Positions 11,311 to 23,024 of a stretch of DNA of 64,000 nt are shown here, in pieces. The notes beneath the pieces are model-generated. The model worked only from the letters and a program-made list of their open reading frames with translations. It was not told where the DNA came from and did no database searches. The stretch covers positions 2,108,001 through 2,172,000 of the forward strand of contig JBLDXI010000015.1 in assembly GCA_047495785.1 (NCBI GenBank), given 5' to 3'. Position 1 is the stretch's first letter. Each line of letters opens with the position of its first letter. Made by a program: the position numbers and the translations under genes. Source of the DNA: Lepidodermella squamata. Its lineage: Eukaryota > Animalia > Gastrotricha.

Positions 11311-14300
11311 CGCCAATTTATTGTAGATTTATTGTAATAAGTGTTACTCCGCTCAACTGCATTTAGAGTGATTGATTTTTTTTGTATAAAGTCGAATATT
11401 TTTTTATAAACTATTTTATGCCACTGAACCACCGATGAAAATTAAATTGAAAAGAAAGAATGATGTTGGGAATAAAATCAAAATCGCTGGCGCTGCGAGC
11501 GACCTAATTTTGGACAAAAATGACCTTTTTGAACTAATGACTTTTGCGGTCGCGCCGGCGCGTGATTATTAGAGGAACACGCAGATCAGGTTGTTCCATT
11601 CGAGCGAAAGAAATCGCCGTCTGCTGCTCAAATTTCTAAAATCTCCAAGTTTTAAAATAGACACCGGGAGTGTTTGATTAGTCACTCGGTATAGACAGCG
11701 TGGCATGAATAAGCGTATGAGTCGGTGCGAATTATTCAGCCGGATGAGAGTATCAAAATTTAATTTGCCGCTATTTACAGCAGTATGAATCAGAGATAAT
11801 GTTTCAAAGTGGCGTGCTTTTTTCAAAAAATACTTTAACAGCAGAAGAAGAAGCAGATTTCGTGATTCAACATGAATGACTTCGCTTATTTTAGGAACGT
11901 ACCGAAATTTAATAACCCTTATTAGAGGAGAAAATTATAAAATTGTTGGGATATGTTTCAACCAAAAAATTCTCAATCATGATCAGTCGTAAAATTATGT
12001 GCCTTTTTACCTATATCCCTAATTATTTATTTTATGTAATGTTACCTCGAAGGTTAAACATTCGAATATCAAAATATCTGCGATTGATATTGAAATTTAA
12101 AGCGAACCTCCATTAAATTTTCGAATTTCATAAACTTTTCTTAAAAATCAAAATATGAGAGCGATGGCTAAGATTGGCACAGGTGATTCCTAACAAAAAA
12201 TCACGGCGATTGAGATGATTCTCGAGAGAAGCAATGAATCAAAATACGAAAATCGCCTATATGTCTACTCATCTAAAATAGTGAAACCATCATTAGTTTA
12301 ATGCTTCTCAAAATCAGACGAGATTTAGCTCTTTCGATGATTATTTAGAAAATTAGAATAGTTTGTTGAAAGATGTGCAAGGTGGAATTATGCGAATTAT
12401 TTTTGGGACAAAAAGCTTGATTGAGGTGTTTTCGAATTTAAGCGAATTTAATTTAATGGCAATTTTCTTGACAGTTTTTAAGCCTGCCCATGATTCATTT
12501 TGTGACTTCAATTGTGGTCGCGTGTTCATTTGGCATTCTTTCAAATTGCCACACCGTTGCTATTGCGCAATTTTTGTTATCAATTATTTGTGAAAAAAAC
12601 GTGACGCAAGAGGCGACCTCGTTTGTTCATGCTTTTTCAGCTTTACTTTTACTTCATTTTTTGACCTTTTTCTCTCAGAGCTCAGAGTGGTTGACTCAAT
12701 ATTCGACATAATGGTTTCGTTTGCTTATTCGTGGTCGTAAAAACGCTTCCAGGAAATCGATTCCAAGCGCGCACGAAGTGCACTGACCAGTCTAGAATGA
12801 TTGTTTTCCCGACAATAATGCGTCTTCCGGTGCGGCAAATTTTTATTGCAAATTTTTGCGCTACTGCTCGTATGTACAACACACAATCAAGGAATGCCGA
12901 TGATGACGGTGCACTCGCGCCTTTTCCGCTGCACGCTGCGGCCGCCAGTACCACTAAAATTCACTACCAGCCGTGGCGACATCGATTTCAACTATTGATG
13001 CGCTGTTTTCTATGGCATCGCGCGCTTGTTATCTATCCACTGTGCAATAAATTGGTTGCCAATCAATGGTACCTGCTGAATCATCATTCATGACAATTTG
13101 CCAATTTGTTAAGCCCATTTAATGATGACGACTACGTCTTTCATTGCGAGGATTTTTATTACCAGACCATGTGCGCAGATTTATTACTACTACCAGTGAC
13201 CCGAGGTCATAAGGCGTGTTTCTAGTGGCGAAATTATTGCTTAACCAGCCCTTATGAAACACGTGCGTCGTGTTTATTCGTCGTTTTCTTCCTCTTGATT
13301 TGTGTGTGTAATGTGTGGCATGCTCAAGTCAGCAGCTAATTTTAGCGATCAGCAAAACCGCAATTTTGCTTCGCTACAACAGATAATCAGGTGCAGCGTG
13401 CGCGTCGTGACGAAAATTAATCAAGCCAGTTTCACTCTCGCCTGTCGTAATTCGAACTACTTTTCATCATTTCATCATCATCATCGTCGTCGTCGTTAGC
13501 TGGTCAATAGAGCAGCATCTTCATTTCCTGTGTTTTCTTGCAACTCACCTTTAACGAAATTAAGATCGATTTTCAGCCCCCGCGATTGTTTGTTGCCTTG
13601 TTCTCACTTTAGCTTTTAGATCAGAGACGCAGCCTCAGTGCGTTTTTCAGCTCGCGCACGCGATCTGTGCCATTTTGCGCAACACGTGCTGCTGCTGCTG
13701 CTGCTGTCCAAAAACAACTCGCAAACAACAATAATGAAAAGTCCTGCTTAACAATCTACACTAGCCCGCCAAAAATTATTCCCTGATAAGATAAAACTCC
13801 ACGTTTGTCAGCTAAATGATCTTTTTATCGACAGATTTTTATCTGTGAAACACCACCTACGCGGCCTGCTTGGGTGTTGTTTGCATGAGTGGCCATCTCA
13901 ACCAGTCATAAAATCGCGTCATGGACTTTGTGCTTGGTGAAAACACGCCCGTTTTTTGTTAATTATTTTATGTTACGACCAGCTGAAGTTTTTTTAATCG
14001 CAGTTCTTGTTTCATGAACGACTGGGCGAGGCAGAAACACACACGTCCATTTGGTATTAGTACTCCCGCTCTATTCATCTAGGAACAATATAAAGTAGCA
14101 TAGAATATTCCCATAGAGACACAAATGCCGCGCTGCATTCAATATTTAAGTAAAATGCGGCGCCTCTTGGGTTTCTTTCCTCGTGCATGTCAATGCAAAT
14201 TTTCTTGCATTCATGAACTGGAAAAAATTGAGAATTTTGCCTTCTTTTTCTTCTAGTAGGCCTCAAGATTTTATCATACGTCATGCATTGTTAATTTTTT

Positions 14301-14333
14301 AACTAATATCGCCGCCTTTTGCATCATCGGAAA

Positions 14334-16202
14334 ATGAGCGTTGTTCAGCCGCCGCGGAAAAGGAAATGTTTCCTGTTGAAAAGTGGCGAGGTCGCCCCGG
14401 ATTCCCCGAGTTGCAGCGTCGAATCGGCGCCTGGCACGCCCCTCCCGCCAGCCCCGACGCCGCCGCCTCAAAGTAATTTGCCGCCGAAGCAGATCTCGCT
14501 GCCGGCTGACGAGGCGTTCGCTGCGTTCGTTCAAACCGCGCTCGAGTTGGCGTCGAAAAAAATCGACAAGGAACGCGCGTTGACGTTGCAACGCGACGCT
14601 TTACAGCTGAAGCTATCGCAGGCTGAGGAAAAATTGCGCCATTTTCAGATGCAAATCAGTGCACTAATGGCGAGCCCGTCGCCGTCGTTGTCGCCGAAAT
14701 CAGCCTCGCCGACGTCGACGACAACCATCGAGGAGCCAGTTGTTACTACTAATAAGCAGGAATCGTCGAAACTGGAACAGAAAAATCGCGAATTACAGCG
14801 TAACCTCGATTTAGTTCAGCGTGATTTAACGCAGTGTTCTAATTTACTGAAGAGTGCTCAATTCGACTGTTCGAAGAAGGACCAAAGATTAACCGATTAT
14901 TGCAAGGAGCTAGAAAAATTACGGGCTGAGCTGACGCAGACGCGCTCGCGATTAGACTCATTTGTTAAATCAGCGTCTGAACAGGCGATTTTGGCGAAAA
15001 ATTTACAGGAAGAGTTGAATGTGGAGAAAAGCGCGAGGCTGGACGTTGAAAGCAAGCTTCGAACTGCGAATGAGTGCGTTCGAGCCGGCATGCAATTAGA
15101 CGCTATGCTAGTTTCAATAACGGCGGAGAAGAACGAACTTGAGGCCGAGGTGGCTAGGCTGAAATCATCAGGTTCAACTTGTGCTACGAAAGCATCGTCA
15201 GCCTCGGAACAAACGACTCAGACCGATGAAGTTATTGCGAAGGAACGTTTCATCAAGAGGGATGAAGAGATCTCACGACTTCAGGACAAAATCGTCGGCC
15301 TTCACCGTCAATCACCGCTGGAGATCACCGGTCAAGATAGCCTCGCCTCGAAAAACACTTGTACGGAAAATTCGAATTTTTTTTAAGGAGGGTTTTTTAT
15401 TTTAATTTTTTCAGCGTCAGATTCGTCAACTGATTCTCCATCGCAGTTGCAATCGGAGAATGTGAGTTTGAAGCGACGGGTGGCCGAGTTGGAGGATGAG
15501 CTTCAACAACGGACCGAAACGATGGAGTGGCATCAGCGAACGTGGAATCAGAAGTGTGAGCAGTTGCGACTGCTCGAAGAACGGGTTCGCGATCGTGACA
15601 TTCAATGTGCCAAATATCACTATGAACTCGAGGTTTGTTTCAGAAAGCATAACACGCGTTTTAATGAGAAAAAAGTAGAACGCGCAAATAATCAATATTT
15701 TATCGAATATTCCAATTAGTCTCGGATTTTTTTCGAAAGACGAGCATTACGCTATGCTTTTTATCGCTCTTCCATGCAATTAATTATCTTTTGTTTTATC
15801 GTCTTGTTGATAAACGGACTCGATGTCTGACAATGGAAAAGTTGTTATACTTGCGTGGGTTACTAATTACTAGAATCTCCCGCCCGATAAAGCAATGTTT
15901 ATTATTCGCTTTTATTCAAGATATCGAAGTCCGGAAAGTACAACATGAGTGCTTTTGTGGAGCATTTTAAGCCGAGTAAATTGCCAAAATTAATTGATGA
16001 TATAATTATTGATTTTTGAATTTTATTTGTTTTATGAATTTTTTTTAATTATTTTTAGCTGGCTGAGCGGAAATTGCGATCATACCAGGAGCGCATGTCA
16101 ATCTCGTCGACATCATCCTCGCCAAGTTTGATGCACCAACACCACGACCGGGTGATCTGCGACCCCGTTCACCATCACTACCCGTCGCTAAGCGAATTTT
16201 GA
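14334..16202 (+). CDS. CC2: coiled-coil protein with Pro/Ser-rich N-terminus; exons 14334-15360, 15415-15632, 16059-16202
   Basis: AAAATG start; in-frame splicing at GT-AG sites; NLS-like PPRKRK. KCFLLKSGE resembles CC1 KYFVLRGGD. Confidence 0.8.
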
Positions 16203-16479
16203 GAATGGCAGAAATTTCATCGAGTTGAGGTGCGAGTCGGCGAAAATCATGATCAATGATCGCGTATTTATCATATGCATCGCTATTACTTATACAGGTC
16301 CTGTTGTATTAAAAAAACACAATAAATTATATTCTGAAAAATGATGCGATGAATGGAGGAAAAAACTGGATTATTTTGTGCCTGCTCCTTTATTAATATT
16401 GTTTTATTGAAACAGAAGATGCTGGAGAAAAATGGTCATTTTTATTTATTTATTTAGAATTTGAGGTCATCCTTAAAAA

Positions 16480-19400
16480 ATGATCGATTTAACTGAGGAA
16501 GATTCAGATTATCGGCAGAAAATGTTAGAAGCCGACATTCCGTTGAACATTATTGCAGAATGCGAATCGCGGCCGATTTTAGCCGAAATGTTGATTGTTT
16601 ACGCTAAGTCGCGTAAATCTTACGAAAATGAGTTGTTATCACTCGTCATCGACGTGAAAAAACGCGCTGAAAAGAAGCGATTTGAATGCGACAAGGAGAT
16701 GAGCCGCTGCGAAAATTACGTCCTCTCATCCCAAAATTCTGAAATCGAAGCCGATAAGCTGCGTCGGCAAATCGCGGATATGAAGGCGCACATCGAGACG
16801 CTCAGTTCCGATTTACTCGCGCGCAACTCGGAACTCGCCGATTTGGCGGGCGATAATCGCAAGTTGGCGGAGGATAAAGCCAAGGCTGAGGCGATGTCAC
16901 GCCGGCTTAAAGTCTCGTTGACGCAAACTGCAAGGGACCTGGCGGCTTTGCGGAGAAATGATTCGATCAGGGCGAAGACGCTGGCTCGCAGTGCTAAAAT
17001 GAGTCACTCGTTATGCCGTAGAAGGCTATGTAAGTTTCGGTAAATTTTCGGGTCCAAAGTCCAGCTTAATTTTGATTAATTCGAGATGCGAAATCTTCCT
17101 ATAATGGAAAGTTGAATCATTGAATGAAAAAGTTTAAAGTTGGGTTAAATATTCTGGAAAGTTCAAGGACATTTTTGTTAAAAGGCTTCCTGATATCTAA
17201 TACAGCTTGTCCCAGAAGTTGCCCGGCAAATTTTTTAAGAAAATTCAACTATTTTTGTTAAATTAAACCTACCGAGAGAAAACTCAAATTTTTACCCATG
17301 ATTTAACCGAAGAAATAAAAAATTTATCGGAGAATACCCGGAAACCGGAAAACCCCGATTGCAACCGGTTCGGTAATTGTCGGTATTTTACCCGGTTGGA
17401 ATCCCATTAACAATAAGTAACATTCTTGATTACTATGTTCGTTATTTTCGAATTTTTCTAAACTTTTACTTGCCATGAGATGTGACGTCTCTCATTTTTA
17501 GTTCATTTGAAGTTTCTGAACCATTTTCCGTGTATTTTCTGTGCTTGCATTATTTATGGGACACGCTGTGTTAGAATTGTTTTTACTTCAGTTAGTGCAG
17601 AGGTTGGTTCAGAATACGCAGACCCGATCCAACCCAAAAAGTGACCGAGGGACCGAATGAAGTAACCCTATATGACAGTAACCCACCTATCATTTTTATT
17701 TTTATTCCTTTTCATTGGACGTTTTTAAAAAAAAACACAACCGTGAACATGGTCGGATTAACCCTCCGGCTGCCCCTGGGCTTTTGGCGTTTGGCGGCCC
17801 CATTTTTTTGCAAATTTCAAGAAAAAACGAAAAAAAAATTATTTTTAATTTGACTTAAATGGGAGGTTAGAAAAACGTTTAGAAACGCTTCTTTCGACGT
17901 TTTCTGTCGACGAAAATGTCAATAATACGCTCAACATCCAATGACCTTAATATGTCGGATTCCAAGGCCAGAATCATTGGATTGTTCAGCTCGTCCTGGC
18001 CCGTCGATGATCTGAGATCGCCCTTAATTAAGGCCAATTTAGAGAAGCTGCATTCACCGCTCAATCCTCATTGATAGCTGAAAGGGCCTTTCGAAAAACT
18101 TTCGACGCTGGCGGCCCCTTTTGACTGGCTCCAGCCCTCCGAGCCAACGCGTTAATCCGGCCCTCTCTGTGAAGCAGTCATTTTATGTAAAAGACAAGTT
18201 CATTTCTTGAGACCTTGTCGGGCATCTTGTGCAACAAGAACCTCCGATTCAAAAGTTACTGGGTTCATTCCAGCCCGGTCTTTTCGGACAACTTTCCCTG
18301 CTAAAGAGAAGTGGCGTTCTGATTCGGATGGACACCCTTGAATAACGAGTAGTTAGTTACGCGGCAATTCGACTGGTTACAGGAAACAATCCGCTGTTTT
18401 TGCCCCGCCACTTTAGAGGGTAAAAAATGTCGCCTTCTGGAATTTCCACATCTAGCGCTTTGAATTTGACCAACTCAGAGTCGTAGTTTTGAGATTTTTA
18501 TTTACAGGATGAAAAACAAAAAGATGTTCATTCAGGTGTCCTAGAGTAACTTGGGCAATAACGTTGTCAAAGTTGAGCTTCCATTATTTCGTTAAGAACG
18601 TTGAACGAGGGCAGATCGCAGTTACCCAGAATGCGGATTGGTGTCTTTTAGGGCAGTGGCGAGCTTGGAAACAGAAGGCGCTTTCTTGACCGTCATCGAG
18701 TTCATCTTGAGTTTCGTCGAGCACGGGTAGATAATTGCCATTGCTAGGCATCATTTCGGTTGGTAGAACTTCCTAGAATAAATTACCGCATCGTTGCCAA
18801 CTTTTCAAGATTTTGGCACGTTCTGCTTGAAGCTGATCTCAAGCGTGAGAGCAAGAATACTGTCAACGATTTGATGATGCTTTCTCGGCCACGTTTTCCT
18901 GATCTTTTTCCTACGCCTTCATAAATTGCTCCGTATGGTAGCCATGGTGCCGAGGTAATTAGCCATGCCCCACCTCGGAGGCATCTTTTGGCGTCGGGAA
19001 ATTGGTGATCGCAGAGACTTCAGCAGGATCGGTAGAGATAGGGCCATTGCGACCCAGAATTCGCCCTAGAAATCGCACGGAGTAACAAAAGAGATTTGTC
19101 TTTTTATGATGTAACTTCAAACCGGATTTCCTGAGACGATTCAAAACCTCGCGACGGACCTGAATGTGTTTCTCGAAAGTCCTCGCGAAGATGTGAAGAT
19201 GTGACTTCGCCCTTGATCAAGTTAGGAATTACGTCGCGCTGAGCTCTGTTTAGCTCAACGGTGCCGAAAAACTCTGATTGAAAAATACATCGACTCCTAG
19301 TTTTATGAAGATTTAATATAATTCTTACCAAATCAGAACAGCTAATTTCTAAAATCATTATTTTTTCATCTTTATAGCAACTCAAGACGCCAAATATACC

Positions 19401-22400
19401 AGACTAAACTCGAAATTACAGCAAGAAATCAAAGAAATAACCCGCGACCGAGATTCTTGGCAACAAAAAGCTACATCGATACAGCGGAAATGTACCGGGT
19501 GCCGCGGGCTGAAAGAGCGCCTCGAAAAAGCCGAATTCGAAATCGATGTGAAAGATCGCATTGTTGAATCTCTGAAAATCGATCTCCGCCTCGCTGAAGA
19601 ATCGTCTACCGCTCATGATAGTAACCATTTTCGACCCATTTTTTTAAGTTGTTTTAATTTTCTCTTTTCCAGACGAAATTTGTGACCTTCGAACTAAACT
19701 AGCCTTGGAGGCGACAACTTCGGACAGAATCAAGTCTGAATTTCTGGCGAAAATTGAATTGATATCTCAGGAGCGAGATTCTCTACGATTCAGAATCGAT
19801 TCGATGAGTGCCGTCCAGTCTGACAGTGGGGCGCCTATATTCTGCCTCGACTGCCCTATCATCAAGTCTCGCCTTGAAGAGGCTAAACAGGTGAAATTCG
19901 GCAAAGTTTAAAAACAATTTTTTTCTAAATTTTTCTGATTTTAGAAATTGGCTGATCTTTCATCTGGAATTCAACCTCATCAAATCGATAGCGATGAAGT
20001 TTCGAAGCTGAAACAGGCCCTTGAAGACAAAAAATCTGAATTGGTTGAAGTCGAAAATAAATTAAATCAGATCATCTCCCAAAAACAGGACCTGGAATCC
20101 TGTTTATCCAGAGCTGAGTCCACAATTCGATCGAAGGACCTGGAAATTTCTGTCATGAAGAAGGCCTACGACCAGAAAAGGGCTGAATTAGCTGGTAAAC
20201 TCGAAGAGCTGGAGGGTAAATTAGAAAAATTCTTCAACCAACGAGAGGCGATGGTTAAGAAATTGGCAGATGCTGAAATTTTGATTGAGAAATTGCAAAA
20301 TTGCGGAAATTGTGGAACTCTGAACCAGCAACTTGATGATTGCAGAAGGTTATGTGATTCCATGAAAGGCGTCGTCAAAATGCTCAGTGAAAGGCTGGTC
20401 CAAAACGATTCATTGCTTCAAGAAAAATCTAGTAACAAACCTCAAAGATTCTCCATTTTTTGTTTTAATTTTTTTATTTGAAGGCAAACTGGCGGAACTT
20501 CAACAGCAATATACTGCGCTTCAGTCGAGCAGCTCTGAAAATTTGAGGTCGGAGATCGATAGTTTGAGGGAAAAGCTTCTTGATTGTGAAAATCTGATCA
20601 ATACAAAAGCTGGTAACATTTTTCTAATTATTCAATCAAAATCTTCAACGAAATGTATCAGCTGAATTTTCCGATCTTCAAAATCGTTTTGATGCTCTCA
20701 ATGCGAGACCTGCTAACTGCGAAAAGTGCGAGAATCTGAGTTCGCAGGTTGAAAAATTGAAGATAACTGAAGGTGTGGTTGACAAATTTGCCCAAAAAAA
20801 TAATCTGATTTCATTTTTGTATTCAAGAGAAAGTCGCCGATTTACAGTCCGCAAACAAAGCTCTTGCCGATGCTAAAACTGAGCTTGAGAAGGAACGAAA
20901 TGGTACTATTCAAACTCTGAAGGACAAAATCGCAGAAATGGAGGCTTCGGCCGAAAGTTGCGCGAAATTGCGGTTGGAAATCGATCGATTGAATGAAAAG
21001 CTGATTGCTCGTGATAACCTCGTCAACACCAAAACTGGTAACTATTTTGTCGGCATTTGGTCGACTTTGATTTGTTGGATTGCCCTAGCTGAATTGCTGG
21101 GGCTTCAAAATCGATTCGATGCACTCAATGCGAGACCTGCTAATTGTGAAAATTGCCATTACCTTCGCATGACAGTTGAAAATTTGAAGAAATCAGTCGC
21201 TGATTTGGAGGAATCTCTCGCCCAATCGAAGTCCGAAAAAGTAGCAGTGGACAAAGAGCTGGAATCTGCCGTAAAATTGTGCGGAGAGAAAGAGGCGGCG
21301 TATCTTTCAATGCGTGAAAAACTCGTCAATTGTCAACGTCTTTTCGAAGCTGAAGAAGGTAGGTAGAAAAGTTTCCAGGGAATCAGCTGAATTTCCCCAT
21401 TTTTCTAGAAAAAGTTGCCGATTTAAAATCTGCAAACGAAGCTCTTTCTGAAGCGAAATCAGAGCTGGAAAAGGATATGAATAGTACTGTTCAATCGCTG
21501 AAGCATAAAATCGCGGAAATCGAGGTTTCGCTGGCGGCCAAATCTGGTAAAAATTGCTTTTTTCCCCATCAATTATACGCTAATTACTTAATGATTCTCA
21601 GATGAAATCGAATCGTTGGTTGAAAGCCACAATAAATCATTCGAAAAATTCAAGCGGAAGAATGGAAGTCTCAAGAAATTGTTGTCTAAATTGACGGCGA
21701 AAAAGGCGAAACTGGAGCAGCAGATTGATCGCGCTCAGAAGATCTGCGAAAAGCGAGAATCGGCCAAAATTTCACTGCGAGCCAAACTGCTTTCCGCATT
21801 GAAAACTCGCCTGAAAACTGAATCAGGTATCATTTTTATCGCCTAAAAAAAGTTTATTTTATTTTCTCTGATTTACTAGTTCTTCATGACACTCTTCTCG
21901 CTGAGAAATCGGAAATGGCTGAGCAATTGCAGGAATCGGTGAAAATTACCGAAAAATTGAAAGAAAGAAATAGGACTCTGAAACAGCGAATTGTTGAACT
22001 GAAGTCCGATCTCGAGGCGAAAACAAGTAAATTAACAAAATTAATCGTAAATAAAACGATATATTATTACGTTTACAGATGAAATAACAGATCTTCAGGC
22101 GCGAGCCGAAAATCAACCCTGTGAAGATTGTGATCAGCTGCGCAATCAAGTATCGCAGTTGGTAAAATTGGCTCGCGATCGGAAAAAGCAGCTCAATAAT
22201 TTGGAAGCGGTAAAGGCGAAGCTCGACGAGAGAATTGGTAACTTAATTGCGATCACAACTTGTTAAGGTTTTCATTCTGATTTTTTTCAGTGGAACTGGA
22301 ATCGCAGGTCGAAGCGGCAAAATCTCAACCTGTCAGTTGCACAAATTGTGAAGCGCTTTATGCTACCATCGAAAAATTGGAAAAATCGAACGCGAAACAT

Positions 22401-22850
22401 AAGGAACGCTTCAATGAAATTGTTTCAGATAAAGCTCAAGCCGATGAGCTAATTGGTAAGTGGGAATTCGAAGTTAAAAATTTGAGAAAACGTTGATTTT
22501 TTCAGAAAAATTGAGAATAAAAAAAGCCGCCTTAATTCAAAAGCTGAAAAATTCGAAGCGAAAATATATAGAAAGTTCGTGCACGGAATGTGTTGGATTT
22601 CAAAGTGAAATCGCCCGACTCCAGGCCGAATCTGAGTCCGTGTATAATTCTCTGAGGCGGAAGTTGGAAAAAATAGAGGTAAAATTCGCGAAAAATGATA
22701 TTTGTCCACCTGAAATTTTTTTCTTAGAAATTGAAAGCGAAAGTGTCCAAGCTCAAAGACTCAGCATCCTATGATGGAGTTTGCAGTGAAGAAATTTCGC
22801 CGAAGAGTGGGAAGCGGCGGAGACTGGTGGAGCGGAAAAACAACGAGTAA
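16480..22850 (+). CDS. CC3: ~1115-aa, 15-exon coiled-coil protein with eight CxxC motifs
   Basis: Exons 16480-17029, 19378-19620, 19673-19890, 19945-20431, 20484-20612, 20662-20772, 20828-21037, 21089-21358, 21409-21546, 21602-21826, 21880-22026, 22079-22237, 22291-22455, 22506-22678 and 22728-22850 splice in frame (3348 nt). Family N-domain present; C-terminal SPKSGKRRRL. Confidence 0.8.
17265..17534 (+). repeat. Dispersed repeat (MITE-like end), second copy at 51352-51626
   Basis: Colinear similarity between the copies: ...cggtattttacccgg..., cttgattactat, gccatgagatgtgac, gtttctgaacc(a/c)ttttccgtgta. Confidence 0.7.
17748..18165. mobile_element. Non-autonomous TIR element (hAT-like MITE)
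   Basis: Ends catggtcggattaac ... gttaatccggccctc; degenerate 8-bp flanks accgtgaa / tctgtgaa. Confidence 0.55.
18205..18530 (-). mobile_element. hAT transposase remnant (C-terminal dimerisation domain), frameshifted
   Basis: Minus strand encodes ...PLKWRGKNSGLFP... and ...IQGCPSESERHFSLAGKVVRKDRAGMNP..., matching the hATC SERxFSxAG motif. Confidence 0.75.
18959..19205 (-). mobile_element. Ty3/Gypsy reverse transcriptase fragment
   Basis: LNRLRKSGLKLHHKKTNLFCYSVRFLGRILGRNGPISTDPAEVSAITNFPTPKDASEV is typical of the Gypsy RT C-terminal/thumb segment. Confidence 0.85.
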
Positions 22851-23024
22851 TTGTATTTCAAAGTTTTGCATAATATAAGTTTACAGCCTTCAATCTAATT
22901 ATGTGATCCTGATATTGTGAAATTCAAAATTAATTATTCCGGAATAATAACTGCTTATATTTGTTGATAAAAACATTCCTCTTATTTTTTTAGATTTATT
23001 TATAATATGTGAAACTTCCTTGAA

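Noticed and set aside
13687-13706. (GCT)n and, at ~52555, (GAAT)n microsatellites
   Set aside because: Short simple repeats with no sign of function.
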